From: Octopus sinensis
Lineage: Eukaryota
Assembly: GCF_006345805.1 (NCBI RefSeq)
Contig: NW_021826649.1
Span: 1-13,555, forward strand
Direction: 5' to 3'
DNA length: 13,555 nt
Below the pieces are notes generated by a model, which saw only the letters and a program-made list of their open reading frames with translations, was not told the origin of the DNA and made no database searches. The stretch's first letter is position 1; each line of letters opens with the position of its first letter. Positions 1 through 8,459 of the stretch are shown here, piece by piece. A program made the position numbers and the translations under genes.

Positions 1-3000
1 TCGTGGTAGTGGTGGTTGTGGAGGTGGTGATTGTGGTAGTGCTGGTTGTGGAGGTGGTGGTTGTGGAGGTGGTGGTTGTGGTATGTGGTGGGGTTGTGGA
101 GTTGGTGGTTGTGGAGGTAGTGGTTGTGGCAGTGGTGGTTGTTGATGTGGTGGTTGTGGAGGTGGTGGTTGTGGTAGTGATGGTTGTGGAGGTTGTGGTT
201 GTGGAGGTGGTGGTTGTGGTAGTGGTGGTTGTTGTAGTGGTAGTTGTGATAGTGGTGGTCGTGGAGGTGGTATTTGTGGTTGTAGTTATGTTGGTAGTAG
301 TGTTTGTGGAGCTGGTTGTTGTGGAGGTGGTGGTTGTTGAGGTGGTGGTTGTGGAGGTGGTGGTTGTGGTAGTGGTGGTTGTTGTAGTGGTAGTTGTGAT
401 AGTGGTGGTCGTGGAGGTGGTATTTGTGGTTGTAGTTATGTTGGTAGTAGTGGTTGTGGAGCTGGTTGTTGTGGAGGTGGTGGTTTTGGATGGTGGTTGT
501 GGTAGTGGTGGTTGTGGTTGTTGTGGTTGTGATAGTGGTGGTGTGGGTGTGATGTTTGTGGTAGTGTGTTTTGGTGTGGTGGTTGTGGTTGTGGTGGTTG
601 TGGAGGTGGTGGTCGTGGTTGTTGTTGTTGTGGTAGTGGTGGTTGTGGTAGTGGTGGTTGTGGTAGTGGTGGTTGTGGTAGTGATGGTTGTGGTAGTGGT
701 GATTGCGGTAGTGGTAGTTGTGGTAGTGGTGGTTGTGGTAGTGGTGGTTGTGGTGATGGTGGTTGTGGTAGTGGTGGTGGTGGTAGTGGTGATTGTGGTA
801 GTGGTGATTGTGGTAGTGGTGGTTATGGTAGTGGTGGTTGTGGAGCTGGTGGTTGTGGTAGTGGTGGTTGTGGTAGTGGTGGTTATGGTAGTGGTGGTTG
901 TGGGGTTGGGGGTTGTGGAGCTGGTGGTTGTGGTAGTGGTGGTTGTGGAGGTGGTGGTTGTGGTAGTGGTGGTTGTGGAGGTGGTGGTTGTGGTAGTGGT
1001 GGTTGTGGTAGTGGTGGTTGTGGTAGTGGTGGTTGTGGTAGTGATGGTTGTGGTAGTGGTGATTGCGGTAGTGGTAGTTGTGGTAGTGGTGGTTGTGGTA
1101 GTGGTGGTTGTGGTGATGGTGGTTGTGGTAGTGGTGGTGGTGGTAGTGGTGATTGTGGTAGTGGTGATTGTGGTAGTGGTGGTTATGGTAGTGGTGGTTG
1201 TGGAGCTGGTGGTTGTGGTAGTGGTGGTTGTGGTAGTGGTGGTTATGGTAGTGGTGGTTGTGGAGGTGGTGGTTGTGGTAGTGGTGGTTGTGGAGCTGGT
1301 GGTTGTGGTAGTGGTGGTTGTGGTAGTGGTGGTTGAGGTAATGGTGGTTGTGGAGGTGGTGGTTGTGGTAGTGGTGGTTGTGGAGGTGGTGGTTGTGGAG
1401 GTGGTGGTTGTGGTGGTGGTGGTTGTGGAGGAGGTGGTTGTGGAGGTGGTGGTTGTGGAGGTGGTGGTTGTGGTAGTGGTGGTTGTGGAGGTGGTGGTTG
1501 TGGAGTTGGTGGTTGTGGTAGTGGTGGTTGTGGTAGTGATGGTTGTGGAGGTGGTGGTTGTGGTAGTGGTGGTTGTGGAGGTGGTGGTTGTGGTAGTGGT
1601 AGTTGTGTAGGTGGTAGTTGTGGAGGTGGTGGTTGTGGAGGTGGTGGTTGTGGTAGTGCTGGTTGTAGAGGTGGTGGTTGTTGAGGTGGTGGTTGTTGTA
1701 GTGGTGGTTGTGGAGGTGGTGGTTGTGGTGGTTGTGGTTCTGGTAGTGGTGGTTGTGGTAGTGGTGGTTGTGGTAGTGGTGGTTGTGGTAGTGGTTGTAG
1801 CTGTGGTGGTTGTGGTGGTTGTGGTAGTGGTGGTTGTGGTAGTGGTGTTTGTGGAGATAGTGTTTGTGGGGGTGGTGGTTGTGGAGGTGGTGGTTGTGGA
1901 GGTGTTGGTTGTGGTAGTGGTGGTTGTGGAATTGGTGGTTGTGGAGGTGGTGGTTGTGGTAGTGGTGGTTGTGGAGGTGGTGGTTGTGGAAATGGTGGTT
2001 GTGTTAGTGGTGGTTGTGGTAGTGGTGGTTTTGGTAGTGGTGATTGTGGTAGTGGTGATTGTGGTAGTGGTGGTTATGGTAGTGGTGGTTGTGGAGCTGG
2101 TGGTTGTGGTAGTGGTGGTTGTGGTAGTGGTGGTTGAGGTAATGGTGGTTGTGGAGGTAGTGTTTGTGGGGGTGGTTGTTGTGGAGGTGGTGGTTGTGGT
2201 AGTGGTGGTTGTGGAGTGGTGGTTGTGGAGGTGGTGGTTGTGGTGGTGGTGGTTGTGGAGGAGGTGGTTGTGGAGGTGGTGGTTGTGGAGGTGGTGTTTG
2301 TGGTAGTGGTGGTTGTGGAGGTGGTGGTTGTGGAGTGGTGGTTGTGGTAGTGGTGGTTGTGGTAGTGATGGTTGTGGAGGTGGTGGTTGTGGTAGTGGTG
2401 GTTGTGGAGGTGGTGGTTGTGGTAGTGGTGGTTGTGTAGGTGGTAGTTGTGGAGGTGGTGCTTGTGGAGGTGGTGGTTGTGGTAGTGCTGGTTGTAGAGG
2501 TGGTGGTTGTTGAGGTGGTGGTTGTTGTAGTGGTGGTTGTGGAGGTGGTGGTTGTGGTGGTTGTGGTTCTGGTAGTGGTGGTTGTGGTAGTGGTGGTTGT
2601 GGTAGTGGTGGTTGTGGTAGTGGTTGTAGCTGTGGTGGTTGTGGTGGTTGTGGTTGTGGTAGTGGTGGTTGTGGTAGTGGTGTTTGTGGAGATAGTGTTT
2701 GTGGGGGTGGTGGTTGTGGAGGTGGTGGTTGTGGAGGTGTTGGTTGTGGTAGTGGTGGTTGTGGAAGTGGTGGTTGTGGAGGTGGTGGTTGTGGTAGTGG
2801 TGGTTGTGGAGGTGGTGGTTGTGGAAATGGTGGTTGTGTTAGTGGTGGTTGTGGAGGTGGTGGTTGTGGACGTGGTGGTTGTGGTAGTGGTGTTTGTGGA
2901 GGTGGTGGTTGTGGTAGTGATGGTTGTGGTTGTGGTAGTGGTGGTTGAGGTAATGGTGGTTGTGGAGGTAGTGTTTGTGGGGGTGGTGGTTGTGATAGTG

Positions 3001-5580
3001 GTGGTTGTGGAGGTGGTGGTTGTGGAGGTGGTCGTTGTGGTAGTGGTGGTTGTGGAGGTGGTCTTTGTGGTAGTGGTGGTTTTGGAGGTGGTGGTTGTGG
3101 AGGTGGTGGTCGTGGTAGTGGTGGTTGTGGAGGTGGTGATTGTGGTAGTGCTGGTTGTGGAGGTGGTGGTTGTGGAGGTGGTGGTTGTGGTAGTGGTGGT
3201 TGTGGAGTTGGTGGTTGTGGAGGTAGTGGTTGTGGCAGTGGTGGTTGTTGAGGTGGTGGTTGTGGAGGTGGTGGTTGTGATAGTGGTTGTGGTAGTGGTG
3301 GTTGTGGAGGTGGTGGTTGTGGTAGTGATGGTTGTGGAGGTTGTGGTTGTGGAGGTGGTGGTGGGTAGTGGTGGGTAGTGGTAGTTGTGATAGTGGTGGT
3401 CGTGGAGGTGGTATTTGTGGTGTTGTAGTTATGTTGGTAGTAGTGTTTGTGGAGCTGGTTGTTGTGGAGGTGGTGGTTGTTGAGGTGGTGGTTGTGGAGG
3501 TGGTGGTTGTGGTAGTGGTGGTTGTTGTAGTGGTAGTTGTGATAGTGGTGGTCGTGGAGGTGGTATTTGTGGTTGTAGTTATGTTGGTAGTAGTGGTTGT
3601 GGAGCTGGTTGTTGTGGAGGTGGTGGTTTTGGAAGTGGTGGTTGTGGTAGTGGTGGTTGTGGTTGTTGTGGTTGTGATAGTGGTGGTTGTGGGTGTGATG
3701 TTTGTGGTAGTGGTGGTTGTGGTTGTGGTGGTTGTGGTTGTGGTGGTTGTGGAGGTGGTGGTCGTGGTTGTTGTTGTTGTGGTAGTGGTGGTTGTGGGTG
3801 TGATGGTTGTGGTAGTAGTGGTTGTGGGGGTGGTGGTTGTGGAGGTGGTGGTTGTGGTAGTGGTGGTTGTGGAGGTGGTGGTTGTGGAGGTGGTGGTTGT
3901 GGAGGTGTGGTTGTTGAGGTGGTGGTTGTGGAGGTGGTGGTGTGGTAGTGGTTGTGGTTGTTGTAGTGGTAGTTGTGATAGTGGTGGTCGTGGAGGTGGT
4001 ATTTGTGGTGTAGTTATGTTGGTAGTAGTGGTTGTGGAGCTGGTTGTTGTGGAGGTGGTGGTTTTGGAAGTGGTGGTGTGTGGTAGTGGTGGTTGTGGTT
4101 GTTGTGGTTGTGATAGTGGTGGTTGTGGGTGGTGATGTGATTGTTTGGGAGTGGTGGTTGTGGTTGTGGTGGTGGTGTTGTGGTTGTGGTGGTGGTGGTG
4201 GTGGTGGGGTTGTTGTTGTTGTGGTAGTGGTGTTGGGGGTGTGATGGTGTGTGGTGTAGTGGATGTGGGGGTGGTGGTTGTTGTGGAGGTGGTGGTTGTG
4301 GTAGTGGTGGTTGTGGAGGTGGTGGTTGTGGAGGTGGTGGTTGTGGAGGTGGTGGTTGTGGTAGTGGTGGTTGTGATAGTGGTGGTTGTGGAGGTGGTGG
4401 CTGTGGTAGTGGTGGTTGTGGAGGTGGTGATTTTGGAAGTGGTGGTTGTGGTAGTGGTGGATATGGTAGTGGTGGTTGTGGTAGTGGTGGCTGTGGAGGT
4501 GGTTGTTGTGGTCGTGGTGGTTGTGGTAGTGGTGGTTTTGGAAGTGCTGGTTGTGGTAGTGATGGTCGTGGTAGTGGTGGTTGTGGTAGTGGTGGTTGTG
4601 GATGTGGTTGTTGTTGTAGTGGTGGTTGTGGTCTTTGTGGTTGTGGTAGTGGTGGTTGGCTGTGTGTGATGATTGTGGTAGTGATGGTTGTGGTATTGGT
4701 GCTTGTGGTTGTGGTGGTTGTGGTAGTGGTTGTTGTGGTTGTGGTGGTTGTGTTAGTGCTGTTTGTGGTTTTGGTTGTGGTGGTTGTGGTAGTGGTGTTT
4801 GTGGTGTTTGTGGTAGTTGTGATAGTGGTAGTGGCGGTTGTGGTTGTAGTTGTGGTGGTAGTAGTGGTTGTGGTAGTGGTTGTTGTGGTTGTTGTTTTGA
4901 TTCTGGTAGTAGTGGTTGTTTTAGTGGTGGTTGTGGAGGTGGTGGTTGTGGTAGTGGTGGTTGTGGTGGTTGTGGTGGTTGTGGTAGTGGTGGTTCAGGT
5001 TGTAGTTGTGGTGGTAGTAGTGGTTGTGGTAGTGGTGGTTGTGGAGGTGGTGGTTGTGGTTGTGGTGGTTGTGGTTGTGGTTGTTGTGGTGGTTGTGGTA
5101 GTGGTGATTGTGGTAGTGGTGTTTGTGGTTGTAGTTGTGGTGGTAGTAGTGGTTGTGGAGGTGGTGGTTGTGTAAGTGGTGGCTGTTGTAGTGGTGTTTG
5201 TGGTTGTGCTGGTTGTGGTTGTCGTTGTGGCGGTAGTAGTGGCTGTGGTTGTAATTATGGTGGTAGTAGTGGTTGTGGTAGTGGTGGTTGTGGAGGTGGT
5301 GGTGGTGGTAGTGGTGGTTGTGGAGTTGGTGGTGGTTGTGGTAGTTGTGGTTGTCGTAATGGTAGTTGTGGTGATGGTGGTAGTGTTGGCGGTAGTGGTC
5401 GTGGTAGGTGTGATAGTGGTGGTTGTAGTGGTGATGGTGATGGTGGTAGGGGTGGTTTTGTTGGAGATGCTGATAGTGATGGTGGTCGACTTGGCAGTGG
5501 TTATGGTGGTAGTATTGGAGGTGGTGGGAGTGGTGTTTGTGCTGGTGGTGTAGGTGATGGTCGTGGCAGGGGTGACTCCA
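1..5580. repeat. Triplet-phased G/T-rich tandem array (GGT/TGT/AGT/GGA; dominant 15-bp units) with higher-order duplications; runs off the left edge
   Basis: Seen directly: units TGTGGAGGTGGTGGT and TGTGGTAGTGGTGGT dominate. 661-900 equals 1021-1260. A 150-bp unit starts at 241 and 391 and recurs at ~3382, ~3534 and ~3970. 1-~647 recurs at 3110-~3797. C is nearly absent from the + strand. Confidence 0.97.
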
Positions 5581-5600
5581 TACTTTTTCTCCTTTGGCCT
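1..5600 (-). CDS. Candidate mucin-like Thr/Ser-rich (PTS-type) coding region, partial and frameshifted as assembled; could be non-coding or a pseudogene
   Basis: Antisense to the G/C/S register, GGT/TGT/AGT/CGT read ACC/ACA/ACT/ACG (all Thr) and GGA/TGA/AGA read TCC/TCA/TCT (all Ser). It reads from 5600 as RPKEKKYGVTPATTITYTTSTNTTPTTSNTTT. The longest indel-free open stretch is ~2214 to ~575. Against: TGA at 4997-4995, upstream TGA at 5603-5601, no in-frame ATG, no polypyrimidine acceptor, about a dozen frameshifts. Confidence 0.45.
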
Positions 5601-5654
5601 TCAACTTATCATCTCGTTATCTATCTATATCTCTCTGTGTGTCCCTCTATCTAA
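4249..5654 (+). other. Alternative reading: Gly/Cys/Ser-rich frame (keratin-associated/loricrin-like composition only) with one frameshift near 4660
   Basis: ORFs 4249..(~4657) and 4656..5654 join in the G/C/S register and end at TAA 5652-5654. The same register has ten TGA stops upstream (143-3917). The resemblance is compositional only. Confidence 0.15.
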
Positions 5655-5719
5655 TTCTCTCTATCTCTATCCCTCTTTACACAAACACACCACATATATG
5701 TGAGTGTGTGTGTGTGTGT

Positions 5720-6102
5720 GGAGGCGCAATGGCTCAGTGGTTAGGGCCCCGGACTCGCGGTCGTGGAATAGCGGTTTCGATCCACAGACCGGGCATATTG
5801 AGTTTTTATTGAGCGAAAACACCTAAAGCCGCACGAGACTCCGGCAGAGGGTGGGTGGCGCCCCCTGCTGTATTATTTCGCCACAACTCTCTTCCACTCT
5901 TTCTTCCTGTTTCTGTTGTACCTGTATTTGAAAGGGCCAGCCCTGTCACACTCTGTGTCACGCTGAATCTCTCCCGAGAACTACGTTAAGGGTACACGTG
6001 TCTGTGGAGTACTCAGCCACTTCTACAATAATTTCATGAGAAGGCTGTTCCGTTGATCGGATCAACTGGAACCCTCGTCGTCGTAACCGACGGAGTGCCA
6101 AC
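5720..6102 (+). mobile_element. tRNA-derived SINE, family A (head GGAGGCGCAATGG), tail type 1, near full length
   Basis: Pol III A-box TGGCTCAGTGG 5730-5740 and B-box GGTTTCGATCC 5773-5783. Head and body are homologous to 7659-7830. Preceded by (TG)n and followed by (TA)n. Confidence 0.88.
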
Positions 6103-6123
6103 TCTCATATATATATATATATA

Positions 6124-6524
6124 TCTTTATACATAAAAGTGAGGTTGTGTGGTGTCTGTCTTCTACGATTTAGATTCCTAACTACTCCCACATTTTGCGG
6201 TACAGTTTAACCAAAACCGGGTATCTTATGGTCGTGATTCATATCGAGCCCTTCTGGGTATTAGCGCGCGTCTACGATGAGTCTACGATTTAAAAAAAAA
6301 TTACCATAATTTTCTTTCCATTTTAATGCATTTTTTTTCGCTATTATATAAGGGAAGTAACTCTCTAAAAATGTCTACGATGAGTCAACGATTCTTAAAA
6401 AAATTTACCATCATTTTTTTCATTTCTAATGCATTTTTTTGCTATTTTTTGGCTATAACTCTCTAAAAATGCTTATATAGTTATTTCCCTTACAAACCCG
6501 AGCAACGCCGGGTGATACTGCTAA
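6124..6524 (+). mobile_element. Non-autonomous Helitron-like element (~401 bp) with an internal ~100-bp tandem duplication
   Basis: 5' TC at 6124 after A. 3' hairpin ACCCG-A-GC-AAC-GC-CGGGT at 6496-6513 ends 11 nt before the CTAA terminus (CTRR) at 6521-6524, followed by T. No TSD. Internal repeats 6270-6372 and 6373-6470. Confidence 0.75.
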
Positions 6525-6668
6525 TATATATATATATATATATATATCAGAAATATAAAATTTCTAAATATCTCATAGAGATATGTACGGTGGTGGGGCG
6601 ATAGAACGGTTGTATACTGTCAATTTAACGTGACAGTAGGGGATTACAACACCGCTGTTTAGCCCTAG

Positions 6669-6946
6669 GAAGCATCCACGCCCCCTGATGGCTTCGACAC
6701 ATTTTTTTCCTGTGTCCTTATATATTTACGAAGGGGAGACAAATACCCCCAGCAGCCAGGCCTGCATCAAGAGACACGCATGTTTCAGGATCGTTGTCCA
6801 TCATCGGTCTAGAGTAGACGAAGACCCTGAAACATGCGTGTCTCTTGATGCAGGCCTGGCTGCTGGGGTTGTTTGTCTCCCCATCGTAAATATATAGGAC
6901 ACAGGAAAAAAAATGTGTCGAAGCCATCAGGAGGCGTCGATGCTTC
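6669..6946. repeat. Long inverted repeat / foldback (121-bp arms, 36-bp spacer); MITE-like or Penelope-derived
   Basis: Arms 6669-6789 and 6826-6946 are reverse complements, with 5 substitutions and 2 one-base indels by hand alignment. This explains the mirror ORFs 6688..6897(+) and 6718..7017(-). Confidence 0.93.
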
Positions 6947-6949
6947 GAG

Positions 6950-7048
6950 GCGGGGTGGCGTCGTTCGAAGGCTAAAACAATGCGAAGCGCATTGTGACCA
7001 GCGATGTGTAGCAACATCTGATGGACTGGTCGGTCACGTGATCACGTG

Positions 7049-7049
<1 letters not shown>
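6950..7049 (+). mobile_element. 5'-truncated SINE fragment (family A, tail type 2)
   Basis: GCGGGGTGGCGTCGTTCGAAGGCTAAAACAATGCG matches 7849-7882 of the SINE at 7659. It continues to a TCACGTGA tandem end abutting (TA)n. Confidence 0.7.
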
Positions 7050-7090
<41 letters not shown>

Positions 7091-7387
7091 GTAATGCAAA
7101 AATGGGACAAGAACGCAAAACATCCGGACAGCTAGGTGACACAAAACGAGACAAAAAAACTTCCAGATGGACGATACAAAGGAAACAAGGACGGGTCATT
7201 CAACCCTACCTGTCTTTCATTTCAAGTACACGTTCTGTCTAAGTCCTATTTTTTCTTATTACTTTCTTTTGAACACCGTAGGCTCGAAATGCAAAGGGCT
7301 TTTTCATTTTTCCAGAGCTTCAAACTATTACACTAACTTGTTGTTCCTACACCCGTCTTCTCTTCTTATTCTCTATAACTTTCAACC

Positions 7388-7419
7388 ATATGTATATATA
7401 TGTTATATATATATATACA

Positions 7420-7495
<76 letters not shown>

Positions 7496-7527
7496 ATATA
7501 TAATATATATTATATATACATATATAT

Positions 7528-7579
<52 letters not shown>

Positions 7580-7613
7580 CATATATATACATATATATAT
7601 ACATATATACACA

Positions 7614-7646
<33 letters not shown>

Positions 7647-7658
7647 GTGTGTGTGTGT
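7388..7658. repeat. Compound (TA)n/(TACA)n/(TG)n microsatellite
   Basis: Seen directly; source of the YIYI and MYVC ORFs. Confidence 0.97.
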
Positions 7659-7882
7659 GGAGGCGCAATGGCCCAGTGGTTACGACAGTGGACTCGCGGT
7701 TGTAGGATCGCGGTTTCGATTCCCAGACCGGGCGTTGTGAGTGTTTATTGAGCGAAAACACCTTAAGCTCCACGAGGCGATCCCTGCTGTACTCTTTCGC
7801 CGCAACTTTCTCTAACTCTTTCTTCTGTTGGCCTGCTCGCTTAGCCAGCGGGGTGGCCTCATTTGAAGGCTAAAACAATGCG
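7659..7882 (+). mobile_element. tRNA-derived SINE, family A, tail type 2, 3'-truncated with a short internal deletion
   Basis: A-box TGGCCCAGTGG and B-box GGTTTCGATTCC. Colinear with 5720-5910 except for a ~20-bp gap, then diverges. The tail matches 6950-6984. Confidence 0.85.
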
Positions 7883-8015
7883 GTGTGAGAAGATGGTTAA
7901 GCAATAGTTATTCTAGAGAAGATATGAAATAGAAAGTGGGGTGTAGGAATAAAGGCAGACGTGTGAAATGCAGGGATATTGCAGTTCCATTATTTAAGCA
8001 GAATGGTATACATAT

Positions 8016-8192
8016 AGGCGCAGGAGTGGCTGTGTGGTAAGTAGCTTGCTAACCAACCACATGTTTCCGGATTCAGTCCCACTGCGTGGCACCTTGGGCA
8101 AGTGTCTTCTGCTATAGCCCCGGGCCGACAAATGCCTTGTGAGTGGATTAGGTAGACGGAAACTGAAAGAAGCCTGTCGTATATGTGTATAA

Positions 8193-8251
<59 letters not shown>

Positions 8252-8450
8252 TGTGTCTGTGTTTGTCCCCCTAGCATTGCTTGACAACCGATGCTGGTGT
8301 GTTTACGTCCCCGTCACTTAGCAGTTCGGCAAAAGAGACCGATAGAATAAGTACTGGGCTTACAAAGAATAAGTCCCGGGGTTGATTCGCTCGACTAAAG
8401 GCGGTGCTCCAGCTTGGCCGCAGTCAAATGACTGAAACAAGTAAAAGAGT
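8016..8450 (+). mobile_element. tRNA-derived SINE, family B (head AGGCGCAGGAGTGG), full length, with internal (TA)n(TG)n
   Basis: A-box-like TGGCTGTGTGG and B-box-like GGATTCAGTCCC. Homologous copies at 9738, 9948, 10893 and 13020-13418(-). Ends in a GTAAAAGA tail. Confidence 0.92.
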
Positions 8451-8459
8451 ATATAAGTT

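Noticed and set aside
1-4140. One giant + strand Gly/Cys protein, possibly with TGA read as selenocysteine
   Set aside because: Ten in-register TGAs. Three of the four ancestral events replace GGA rather than TGT, no SECIS was recognisable, and silent Ser changes on the opposite strand are a simpler explanation.
3-5553. Poly-Val ORFs (3..1610, 1611..2306, 2440..3378, 3332..4135, 4145..4669, 5176..5553)
   Set aside because: Off-register readings of the GGT repeat. Hundreds of consecutive Val are not a plausible protein, and the ORFs drift between registers at indels.
1-5580. Telomeric or subtelomeric repeat
   Set aside because: No TTAGGG units, and unique sequence follows on the side where a chromosome end would be expected for a G-rich + strand.
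5501-5581. ATG-initiated Pro-rich micro-ORF on the minus strand (MESPLPRPSPTPPAQTPLPPPPILPP*)
   Set aside because: 26 codons, expected from repeat composition. It would matter only if a frameshift linked it to the Thr frame, and nothing supports that.
4921-5604. His/Asn-rich ORF on the minus strand (tempting link to His-rich cephalopod beak proteins)
   Set aside because: TTG start, third codon positions nearly invariant while first positions vary, and none of the Gly-His-Gly-type motifs. It is the shifted frame of the same repeat.
6688-7017. Paralogous gene pair 6688..6897(+) and 6718..7017(-)
   Set aside because: The shared peptide is a consequence of the inverted repeat.
7269-7292. Third hammerhead-like trace (TTGAACA-CCGTAGGCTC-GAAA)
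   Set aside because: The core is too degenerate and no stem I/III or cleavage triplet could be built. 7093-7387 may be an old interspersed repeat, but this cannot be supported from this window alone.
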